Notes: a model not told the origin generated them from the letters alone. A DNA stretch of 64,000 nt from Paraspadella gotoi (GCA_051294375.1 JBJCIZ010000239.1:6033074-6097073); one strand, 5' to 3'; shown: positions 48,013-58,613, counted from the stretch's first letter. Program-made: numbers and translations.

Positions 48013-48196
48013 CACGGAAAACATGAGGAAAGATAAGGGGGGCAGGAAGGGGGGGAAGAAGATGAGAGATGAGACGTTGAAGTTGATTTCGAAGATGAAA
48101 TATACATACTGACTAAATCTTTTTCTTTTTTCTTTCTCTCTTGCTCTTTTTATTTTTACACACTCTCTCTCTTTTTCTCTGTCTTTGGCTCTCTTA

Positions 48197-48246
<50 letters not shown>

Positions 48247-48306
48247 CTCTCTCTCTCTCTCTCCCTCTCTCTCCCCCCTCTCCCCCCTGACACCAATTCA
48301 ACTCAC

Positions 48307-48519
48307 TCTCGCCTTCATACGCGGCTCCCTTGCAGCATCCCTCCAACGTGACAGGCTCCCCGTTGAGCTTCATGACACGACCCTTGCAGAACTTGCTTGA
48401 CTTGCAATTTCTGGTGGTCTCCCCGTTGGCATCCGGCGGTTCCTCTATCTCAGCCGGGTCACCCATGCACTTTCCGCCTGTCATACGACAGGCCTGGCAA
48501 CTCTTCGCGCAGGCCTTGC
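48307..48519 (-). CDS. Cys-rich gene B, exon 2 (213 nt, phase 1-1)
   Basis: ctttctatcctctctacag| (G)KACAKSCQACRMTGGKCMGDPAEIEEPPDANGETTRNCKSSKFCKGRVMKLNGEPVTLEGCCKGAAYEGE, donor A|gtgagt. Confidence 0.88.
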
Positions 48520-49380
48520 CTGTAGAGAGGATAGAAAGGTCGTTTTACGTCGTATGAAATTGGTACAACCAATATAAAATTATCCATTTATTAATTAAAT
48601 AAGCTACCATGGACAAGCTTTGATGGTTTAGGGCGTCCATCATTCTCACAAGGTAATCACAAAGCAGGTTTCTGCAAGCTTTCAATCAAAACTCTCTCAC
48701 AGTCTCGTTTATTCACTACCAGAGCACCTGGATTCCCAATCAATGAAGTATAATATTTAAAAGAATGTTTCCATTGTTTAAAGGTCCACTTCATTATATT
48801 ATATGGTACTCCGCGCTCGCATCAAATTACATGGAGCTGAATTTTATTTTAATTTATTGTATTTTAGTGTATGGAACTAGAGCCCACGAATGCTATTGAT
48901 GCACTTCAGATAAGTAGTTGATGTAGATAATTTCGACAAAATATTACCTAAGCTGTTGAAGAGACATCACATGCATAAGAGATAATACTATTATTAATAG
49001 TTTAGTTTAAAGCAATTCGTAGTAGGACCGCCTTGAAAAATGATTCGTCCATAAGATTATTATTAAGAATCGAAATATTGTCAAACAAAAATAAAAATAC
49101 AATTGTAAATCCTACTACGAATTGCTTTCGACTAAACTATTACCAAAGCTATTTATAACGATATTATTGCTCATAATGGAAAATGGTAAATGGATCATTT
49201 CTTCCGACTGTATAATTACATTGACGTTTTCTCATAACTATGATAATTATCAACATTTAAATCATCGCTTCGTGTAACCATGGTGATTGGTGTGGACGAA
49301 CAACTATTACACGCAACCTCGGTCAAATGAATTGACCTTACTTTCAACCTATGGTGGACTAAATCCACCAACCGTTCATC

Positions 49381-49530
49381 AGCGGCCATTGGTGCCGGAG
49401 GCAAGTCATTCGCCTCCCAACCCAAAGGTGGGGTCCGGTGTCTAGCCCGTGGTCGTCTGCAGTAGAGGGACGGGCGCTTCACCCGCCTGTAACACGGTGT
49501 TACAGCCTGATCCGAAGCTCAGGGACTGCT
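49381..49530 (+). mobile_element. tRNA-SINE-like element (second family)
   Basis: tRNA-like head. cccaaaggt...gatccgaagctcagggactg is shared with 53390-53492; similar head at ~39710-39780. Confidence 0.5.
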
Positions 49531-50070
49531 TATATTGAACGGTTTCTGTCACTAACACATAACAATAATTACTGTCTCTTCAAACCTTACCTTCGGTCCT
49601 TTGCTCTTTCTCTTTATGGTCAAACATTGACCTTGTAAACATCCATTGTTATGGACTTAGTATCTGAGCCTTTTGACTCTTATTGTTATTTACTTTGTTG
49701 AAGAATAAATTCATTCTTACTCTGGAACTTGTTGCGTCAACAAGGTTTTTTTAAAGTTTTGCTAAAAGGTTTTTTTTTTCATTTCACGCCAGCAGGGACT
49801 AGCATTCGGTGTCGCCCGCTTTGAATGTCTTAACTTAGGCTCCAAATAAAAAAAAAAGAGTTTCATATTTTCCAGAAACTTTATTATCGATAATTATTCA
49901 CAGGAAACCTGTAAAAACAGGGTTTCCAAAGTGGGTGGACGGATCAAGTGAGTCTTAACAGAAACTAAAAAAAAACGATTTTCAAATATCTCTCTTCCTT
50001 TGAGAATAGACTTATGACGTCACTAAAAATTTAGCCTAAAGGCCGAAACAAGTCAATGATGGTCAACGGG

Positions 50071-50157
<87 letters not shown>

Positions 50158-50158
<1 letters not shown>

Positions 50159-50320
50159 CGACCCCTTCTTGCAACAGACTTCGAAGCTTTGCCCCGATGA
50201 TCCCTCCGCGTTGTCAAGTACTACGTTCGCGCAGTAAGAGTTCGTTTCGCAATCGGTCAGCGACTCGCCGCTCGAGAGCGAGGCGAGACCCAGAACGAGG
50301 ACGATCACGGACGCCGCCAT
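50158..50320 (-). CDS. Cys-rich gene B, exon 1
   Basis: aaaATGg start. MAASVIVLVLGLASLSSG-ESLTDCETNSYCANVVLDNAEGSSGQSFEVCCKKGS. Phase-1 donor G|gtaatg. Confidence 0.87.
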
Positions 50321-50895
50321 TTTGTTCACGTCTTTTTTTTTTCTTTCTCGTTCTCCTTAGTTTCTGTAATCGTTTCGTTTGTTTAAAAACTAAGAGGGAT
50401 TTTCTTCGTCGGATTTTTTTTTAAAAATCTTTTCATTTATCGAGAGAAACTAAAATGAATTACTAAGCTGCTCGCGTATTTACTGAATTGACTCTTACAT
50501 CCTATTCGCTACACGAAAAAAAATCTAATCTCAAATTATTTAACTCAAACCGATTTAAATATTGTATTTAAATTAATGTTAAAACTGTATTATAATATTA
50601 TATTAATCTATCGCTAAATTATAAATCGTTTCCTCAAATTTATCCATTTTAAACTGATTAAAACATAAGATGTAAGAATATTTTAATCATTATCAATTTA
50701 TATAGTTATTTAATTATTTTTTCCTAATCTATTTAATTATTTACTTATTTTTTAAATTTATTTATTAATGTGTTTATTTTTTTTATTTATTAATCGTCCT
50801 AAATTAACAAACGAAATCCGAACAAAAGATCAATGAGGAAACGAGTCAATTTTTCTCCGTCGTAAATTCTTCGCTCTTAAGCTTCTTTCCCTTCA

Positions 50896-50997
50896 AGACC
50901 CAACAGGAGACCCAACAGGAGACCCAACAGGAGACCCAACAGGAGACCCAACAGGAGACCCAACAGGAGACCCAACAGGAGACCCAACAGGAGACCC
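50896..50997 (+). repeat. 12-bp perfect tandem repeat (AGACCCAACAGG) x8.5
   Basis: Directly abuts the predicted stop codon of gene A. Confidence 0.95.
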
Positions 50998-51286
50998 TAG
51001 ATTCTCCCACTTTCGGTCTTTGAACTGCGGACGGAGTTTTTCTTGGGTCTCAAGACCCTCGGGGTCTTCAGCTTTCGGGTTCGGATCTTCGGGAGTCGGC
51101 CTGCAACGGTTCGACGACGGGGGGCCGACGACGATGACGACGATGCTTGGTCCAACGACCCGACGAAGACGACGACGACGACGACGACGACGAGATTCCA
51201 GTGAAGTTCCAAGGTGGCGGCTCCGCAGCAGCCTCTCAGTTCTTGGCATTCCGCGCACGAAATAGTGCAGTGCGGCCTTTTAAAGG
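50997..51286 (-). CDS. Cys-rich gene A, exon 2 (C-half of module + hydrophobic segment + tail)
   Basis: Acceptor tttctctatttgacgtcaacag|, phase 1. (A)FKRPHCTISCAECQELRGCCGAATLELHWNLVVVVVVVVFVGSL...SGRI*. The true C-terminus after the poly-Val is uncertain. Confidence 0.75.
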
Positions 51287-51622
51287 CTGTTGACGTCAAA
51301 TAGAGAAACTTCCGGTGGTTAGAGTACAAGAATCTGTATCAATTTTTTTTTAATCTTTAATTTAGTTTTAAAATTCATGAAATTGGTACAACCAATATAA
51401 TAATTATTCATTCATTGAATAAATAAGCAATTTTGCAACTGACTTTGGACAGGCTTAGGTTGTTTAAGGCCTCCATCACCCTTAAAAGGTAATGACATAG
51501 CAGGTCAATAAATAATTCAGTTTTCAGTTTTTTCATTTTTTCCACTGTATCTTTAATTCTATCTTTTTTCTTCTTTCTTTTTTTTATTCCTTATTTCTTT
51601 TTTCCCATTTTTTCCATATCTA

Positions 51623-51856
51623 TCTGTGGATAAGGCGCTACGTGGGCTGAAGATGACTATCCGTAACTTCTATAACCCCCTCTAGCAGCCATGGAACGGG
51701 TCCCTGGGCTTGGAACCAGGCTTGAGGGTTTGGCACGCCCCAAAGGCGGTTTACGGCCGTCCTCACGCTTCCCGCAGAATAGGTACCGGGTTGAGATTGA
51801 ACCCGGGACCTCGTGGTCATGGTCCGATGGCTTTACTCCATGAGCCGCCGGGTCAC
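51623..51856 (-). mobile_element. tRNA-derived SINE-like element
   Basis: Minus-strand B-box-like aggtcccgggttcaatc. Body ggcttggaaccag...ggttta.ggccgtcctcacgc is shared with 54860-55065. Confidence 0.6.
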
Positions 51857-51936
51857 AACGGAAGTTTTCATGGTAAACCCAGGCAATGCCCGACTACATA
51901 TCTCTTTTTAATCTTTTTCTCTAATCTTTAACTTAC

Positions 51937-52123
51937 CCTTGGTCTTCATGCAGCAACATTGAAACTTTTGCCGCAACTTCTTGCCCTTGTGCTCGGTTCT
52001 GGTTTTGCAGTAGAGATTCGACTTGCAGTTGAAGATGGTTTCTCGGCCTCCGGCGACGACGACGACGACGACGACGACGAGCAAGACGAAGACCACGACG
52101 ATGAATTGGCCGGAGCGAATCAT
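51937..52123 (-). CDS. Cys-rich 8C-module gene A, exon 1 (signal peptide + N-half of module)
   Basis: MIRSGQFIVVVFVLLVVVVVVVVAG-GRETIFNCKSNLYCKTRTEHKGKKLRQKFQCCCMKTK. Phase-1 donor G|gtaagt. Confidence 0.85.
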
Positions 52124-52168
52124 AACGCGTATATTCTCGATTAATAGACGTTGCTCTGAAAAAAATTA

Positions 52169-52375
52169 GGCACTATTTTCCAAAAGCTCCCCATATCTGT
52201 CTTTTTCCCCATTTTCCCCAACTCTAATGCTAAATCCTAATATTTTATTGTAATCTTCTACCAAATACCTAACCTTAATATCCAACCTTATCTGTATCCC
52301 CAACCCTTTTTAAACCTAAAAACTAATTTAATTCTGAGTTCAGGCTAAAATAGGGCGCTTTTTAAAAATATTGCC
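52169..52375. mobile_element. MITE with ~25-bp TIR and degenerate (CCCTAA)-like interior
   Basis: ggcactattttccaaaagctcccc ... agggcgctttttaaaaatattgcc. Related ends near 408, 45330, 46198, 52537-52805, 56091 and 60189-60470. Confidence 0.6.
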
Positions 52376-53858
52376 CGAAAATTAGGTTATTAAGGATGTA
52401 TATACTTTAGAATCGATAGTATTAATTTAAAAGCAATGTTTATTACCTTTGTAACTTTTTTTGATTACCTACGAATTGGAAATCCTTTTGCTCATAAACT
52501 CCACAATCGTTCTCTCCTCAGCCTCCATAGGTTTTTGGGCTTTATTTTCCCAAAAAACCATTTTACTAAATTTTTTTTATTACAATCTATGTAAGAGGTT
52601 AGTAATTAAAGTTACGGATTAAGTTAGTGATTAAGTTATAAATTAAGAATAAATGTTTATGGTTAGTGTTCAGTATTAAGTTATGGTTCACGAATAGAAG
52701 TTAGGGAAAAGTTATAAATTAAACATATTTAGATTAATTATTTAGGTTAAAATCAAATTTCGAGATAAATTTCCGAAAATGGGCCGCTCTGGGAAAATAA
52801 TACCGGTTTGGCCGTAACAAAAAATTAATCTGAAAAACTTAATTTGTCCTACATTCCAGAAAAGTAGAATTTTGGACACTTTGTTTGGTACATACATAAA
52901 TTGTAACATGTAAGAAACCTTTTCTTCCCCCTTCTTTTATTCGGGGTTAAAAAGAATAATCAAAGTTGTTTAAATCGAACAATTTGGGTTCTTTAGTACT
53001 TAGCTATTATAATATAAAAAAAACAGAAATAAAAAAATAATCTCCAATAAACGTTCTCGCGAAATTCCGCTCTTCGTCAAAAAAACGGTAACCGATTGGA
53101 CACGGACGCTTTACGGCCCCGTCACGCGCCCGGTTTACGACGACCCCTGACCTCTTTTCGACGCGTCACGTTCAGACGCCGAGGCTGGCGTCAAATAAAC
53201 TCACGCTCCCTGGCGGCGACCGGAACGTAACCACTTAACGCTGTACGACCCACGTAACCGAAGCGTACGCACAATGACGCAAGTCTTTTATATCTACTAA
53301 AATCCAAATATTCTATAATGTGCTGGTTTAAAATTTACCAGTCGATCACGGTCGGGATTCGCGCCAGACTGGAACCCTCTTCCGTAACGACCCAAAGGTC
53401 CGGGGTTCTGGCCTGGTGACATCCTAGAACTTGTGTAGCACGGAACCCGTCCGTAGCATGGTGCCACATCTAGATCCGAAGCTCAGGGACTGTTGTTTTA
53501 TGGACACTTTATGGAAAACTAATTTTAAATATTCATTCTGTCTTTTCTAATTTTAAATCTTTTCAGTAAAACTTAATTCTGACTCGGCTCTATTCTTTTC
53601 CCCCCACGTTGATTTAAATTAATTTTTTTTGTTTCAACTTTTTTTAAAATGTATTTTTCTCTTTCCCTTTAAAAGAAAGAAAAAACCTTCAAAAATATAA
53701 GAAAACGGTACAAGCATCATAAAAATTATAATATAATATATATTCTAATATGACTATTAAAGTATTAATATTTCCCTCCACCCCTTCTTACCCCTTCTAC
53801 CTCTCCCCCCCCCAACCCCCCAACACTCTGACCGCAACACCCCTTCCACAACCCCCAG

Positions 53859-53969
53859 GGTGCCCGACTCTCGCCATCCACTCTGCGCGTCACGTGACTA
53901 CGACGAGGACCTTCCGGACGCCAGCGTAATCGTCCCCTTTCACAACGAGTGGCCCTCGGTTTTGCTCAG
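53859..53969 (+). CDS. GALNT: GALNT exon, start of GT-A catalytic domain
   Basis: cccccag|...ag|gttcgt. (R)VPDSRHPLCASRDYDEDLPDASVIVPFHNEWPSVLL(R) matches the PD.R...C...Y...LP..SVI..FHNE..S.LLR motif. Confidence 0.95.
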
Positions 53970-54004
53970 GTTCGTTGCGGCGTGCAGGGAGGGGAAGTGA
54001 AGAG

Positions 54005-54420
54005 ACATTTTAGAGAGTGGTTTAGCGAGTGAAGACGTGGTTTAGAGATTGAAGAAGTGGTTTAGAGAGTGAAGAAAAAGTTTAAGAAAGTGTAGAGACA
54101 GTTTTAGAGAGTCCTTTAAAGAGAGAAGAGGTGGTTTAGAGATTGAAGAAGTGGTCTAGAGAGTCAAGAGACAGTTTAGAGAGTGGTTTAGGGAGTGAAG
54201 AGGTGGTTTAGAGAGTGAAGAGGCGGGATAAAATATGAAGAGGTCGTTTAGAGAGTGGGTGAAATTAGAAAGTAATTAAGCAGATGAAGTGAATGAAGTG
54301 AGAAAGTGAGAGAGTAAGTGAAGTTAGAAAGTGTGAACGCGGGTGAAGTGAGCAAGTAGGTGTGGTGACCAAGTGGGTAAAGTGAGAAAGTGGGTGAAAT
54401 GATAAAGTGATAAAGTGAGG
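54005..54420 (+). repeat. Degenerate GTGGTTTAGAGAGTGAAGA-type tandem repeat
   Basis: Recurring unit in the GALNT intron. Confidence 0.65.
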
Positions 54421-54859
54421 TCATCCGCTGGAAAAGGTGAGTTGGACGGAATCGATCCCACCTCCGGCTGTTGTGACGAAGACGAATTCCTCCTTTTGCC
54501 TCTTGAGGTTGTTTTTGTCGTCGTCGTCGNNNNNNNNNNCATCGTCTTCGTTTTCGTCGTCGTCGTCGTCTTTCTCATCGTCTTCGTCTTTGACGTCGTA
54601 CTCCTCTTTGTTGTCGTTTTCGCAGTCGTCGTCTTCTTTGTTGTCGTCGTCGTTTTCCTCGTTGTCGTCGTCGTTGTCGTCTTTATCGTCGTCGTCGTAG
54701 CCTTTTTCGTTGTTTTCCCACTGATATTGCTATCGGTTATTTGCCTCACAGCGTTATCGTGATAGATCATATAAAATTTGTTGAACTGAAATAAAAATTA
54801 TCCGTTCATATTCAAAAAAATAAACTATCTCGACAATGACATACTTAAAAAATAATAAA

Positions 54860-55065
54860 TCTGTGGATAAGGAGCAAAGTTGACTGAAAACTGTATTGCG
54901 AATGCATGCGTATCTTCTGTGCCCCCTCGTCAGCATTGGAACCAGTCCAAGGCTTGGAACCAGCCTTGAGGGTTATCCAGGCCCCCACAACGGTTTAAGG
55001 CCGTCCTCACGCCTTCCCTAGGGTAGGTACCTTTTGGGATCGATCCCGCGTCTTAATGGTCACGA
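54860..55065 (-). mobile_element. SINE-like element, second copy
   Basis: Shares ctgtggataagg, ggcttggaaccag.cttgaggg and ggccgtcctcacgc with the 51623 copy. Confidence 0.55.
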
Positions 55066-58000
55066 GGTCATGTTTTTTTTTTTCGCGAATGAGTCATCGC
55101 GAGTCATGTTTATAGGCAAGGGTCAACTTGTCGCCCAATATTCGTCAAACTCAACATCGCGAACGATTTCGCCTGTCCGTCCGTCCGCCCGCTTATCTAT
55201 CCGTCCGTCCATTGGCAATTNNNNNNNNNNNNNNNNNNNNNNNNNNNNNNNNNNNNNNNNNNNNNNNNNNNNNNNNNNNNNNNNNNNNNNNNNNNNNNNN
55301 NNNNNNNNNNNNNNNNNNNNNNNNNNNNNNNNNNNNNNNNNNNNNNNNNNNNNNNNNNNNNNNNNNNNNNNNNNNNNNNNNNNNNNNNNNNNNNNNNNNN
55401 NNNNNNNNNNNNNNNNNNNNNNNNNNNNNNNNNNNNNNNNNNNNNNNNNNNNNNNNNNNNNNNNNNNNNNNNNNNNNNNNNNNNNNNNNNNNNNNNNNNN
55501 NNNNNNNNNNNNNNNNNNNNNNNNNNNNNNNNNNNNNNNNNNNNNNNNNNNNNNNNNNNNNNNNNNNNNNNNNNNNNNCGTCCGCCCGCTTATCTATCCG
55601 TCCGTCCGTTCGTTTTTAGACATCTTCTATTTCAAAACAGAAGATTCATTCTGTCGATATTCCGCCGTCAATTGTTCCGCTTAAGATCCTCGTCTTACCA
55701 AAATAGACGTTTCCATCGACGCGTCTTTTAAAAAATAAAAAAAAAAGAATCCTCGGCGNNNNNNNNNNNNNNNNNNNNNNNNNNNNNNNNNNNNNNNNNN
55801 NNNNNNNNNNNNNNNNNNNNNNNNNNNNNNNNNNNNNNNNNNNNNNNNNNNNNNNNNNNNNNNNNNNNNNNNNNNNNNNNNNNNNNNNNNNNNNNNNNNN
55901 NNNNNNNNNNNNNNNNNNNNNNNNNNNNNNNNNNNNNNNNNNNNNNNNCTCTCTCTCTCTCTCTCTCTCTCTCTTTCTATCTCGCTCTGAAAATCGTTCC
56001 TTCGCTGAATGAAACATGAGGTCGAGATAAGTAGCTCTGAGGCGGAGAGAGAAAAGGAAAAGAGAAAAATTAAAAGAGAAATAAAAAAAAGGCACTATTT
56101 TCCAATAGTACCCCATTTCTGTTGATATTATTTTAAATATACAACCCTAAACTTAATCCTAATCTTTATATATAAGCCTAACTTAATTCCTAAAATTGAT
56201 CCCTAATCCCTAACCCAAATACTAACTCTAATCCCAAACCCTAATCCCTAACTCTAATCCCNNNNNNNNNNNNNNNNNNNNNNNNNNNNNNNNNNNNNNN
56301 NNNNNNNNNNNNNNNNNNNNNNNNNNNNNNNNNNNNNNNNNNNNNNNNNNNNNNNNNNNNNNNNNNNNNNNNNNNNNNNNNNNNNNNNNNNNNNNNNNNN
56401 NNNNNNNNNNNNNNNNNNNNNNNNNNNNNNNNNNNNNNNNNNNNNNNNNNNNNNNNNNNNNNNNNNNNNNNNNNNNNNNNNNNNNNNNNNNNNNNNNNNN
56501 NNNNNNNNNNNNNNNNNNNNNNNNNNNNNNNNNNNNNNNNNNNNNNNNTCCCAAACCCTAATCCCTAACTCTAATCCCAAACCCTAATTCCTAACTCTAA
56601 TCCAAAAGCCTTATACCTAACCCTTAAACTAATCTTCAAACTTAAATTTTTTTTTTTTAAATTATGATTTGTCGAAAGGGAAAGGGAATCGACCAATCAG
56701 CGTGCAGACAAAGATCATCGCCTCTATCCATCGTCCAACTAATTTAGAGATTGAAAAATTTGACCACGTTTTTAAAAGCTTCAATCTAAAAACCTACGCT
56801 TAGCCAAACACAGACCTCCCACACTCTGCACACCCGAGTCACAGCGACGGGCACACCGCCTGCCAGGCGTACCTTCGTTCTGAAATCGGGATTTATGACG
56901 AACCATTAATTTTATGACCGAAAGAAAACAAAAAAAAACAAAAAAATTACGGGCTCGCGCGTTACCTTTTTTCGTTCTATATATGAAGAAAGGATTAGAA
57001 AAATAAGGAGAGAGAAAAATAAAGAAATTATTTGTTTCAGAGTCATGATTTTGGCAGAAGATTTAGTAGTTAGGAGAATGGATTTTCAGCCAAATGGAAG
57101 AGTAGATACCTTACCTAAAACGTTTTTGTAAATTTTGTGTTATTTTGTTATGCACCTTTGAGGGAGACAAAAGTCTCTGAAGATCAGTGCTTATTTAAAA
57201 ATAAATATTATGTTACTTCCAGAAATAATTTGTTTTTTCTTTTATATTATAGGCATGAAAAGACCAAATCGAACTATTAACTACAAAATAAAGAAAACAG
57301 AGAGAAATTAAGGAAAGGAGAGAAAAAATAAGGAGAGAGAAAATTAGGAAAAGAAAAAGAAATTAAGGAAAGAAGAGAAAAGAATATTTAAATTTTTTTT
57401 TTCTCGTTTCCTAAATTTTTTTGCGCAATCCAATGGATCAACATGAGCCAGATGACCAAAGTGCTCAACTACAAGAATCAGCTAAAAGCTCTCCAAGTTG
57501 ACACTAGAGCATCTGCAGATGAAAAATGATGAAACGAACCGTCGTCTTCACGGCCTAGAGAAATTGGGCCTATTGAATTGAACAGGACTGCTGATGGATA
57601 TTATATGAGGTACCTCACATGACGTGCCTCAGAATCACCTGACAGACTTAAGGGTGACGAAGCATCCGCACCCACTGGGTGTGCCGTGTGGATGAGGGGA
57701 ATACCCGAAAATCTGACACAAAAAACTGAACTGGACGATGCACCAGTGATGAGCAGAGTTTTCCGTCTCTCGCTCACCCTTCTGAGAGTATCAATATCGC
57801 AGAGAGTAATCAGGTAAAATGCCAGTCTTTGGGAATGAACATTAACTAGAACTGGAGGTAAGCAAAAGCAAGCATCGATAGGTAATCAGTGTAACAACGA
57901 TCTTTCAGGTAAGCTCGGCTGAGCGAGGCAAATAGAACCAAAAGTAAACCTTATATAAAATCATCATAAGCACAATATAAACCGTGAACAAATTATATAT

Positions 58001-58613
58001 AAACCCCGACGATGGCTAAATAATATTAATGCAATCTGTATGAAATGAAATAATGAAATAATAATGAATGTTTATAAACAAATATCAATTGTTTATATTT
58101 TTAAACACTTACAAAAAGTAAATAAAATCGACGAACTACGAGAGTTTATGTCCAACAACTGGACTTCATTAGACTTTAGACTGTAGATAACTCTGTAGAC
58201 AACTAGATAGACAACTCTTACAAGATTTACAAATTCAAGGCTCTCTCACAGTCTAGTTAATTAATTAATTAATTAATGCGAATTAGTCACAATCGAAATA
58301 CATAATATATTCTTCCATTTCGTTTCTCATTGGATCTGCCAAAATAAGTAATTCAGACTAGGAATCCTTTATTCGTAACGAATTTTAATTACTCATCCTA
58401 CTTTATTGAGAAAGTTTTCATTGACAAAACGACAGATCGATGTACAGACTGACAGACGGACCGAAAAGTCTAAAGTAATGTCCGACTGTCGCCGTGACTG
58501 AAAAGGATAGAAAAAAAGGATAGAAAAGAAAGTTGGGAGGAGATGAGTAACTAGAACGAGGATAGAGAACATCCGGAGCAAAATCACCTGAGAGATTTGT
58601 CGTTATTTCCGAC

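Noticed and set aside
41051-52123. Assignment of the Cys-rich genes to Ly6/uPAR, WAP or hirudin families
   Set aside because: Cys order and spacing do not match: no CCxxxxCN end, CC preceded by 15-18 rather than ~5 residues, and no CLC motif. Only superficial likenesses (MFSL signal start, LTDC).
54415-54762. Poly-Val or poly-Thr ORFs resembling a TM or mucin segment
   Set aside because: Degenerate (GTC)n microsatellite inside a GALNT intron whose flanking exons join in frame without it.
56140-56640. Telomere
   Set aside because: Degenerate, internal, and preceded by a MITE-like end. Not a terminal perfect (TTAGGG)n array.
57680-57720. Hammerhead-like tggatga-ggg-gaata-ccc-gaaa
   Set aside because: Core CUGA is mutated and helix III/cleavage triplet are not formed. 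Too degenerate to call.
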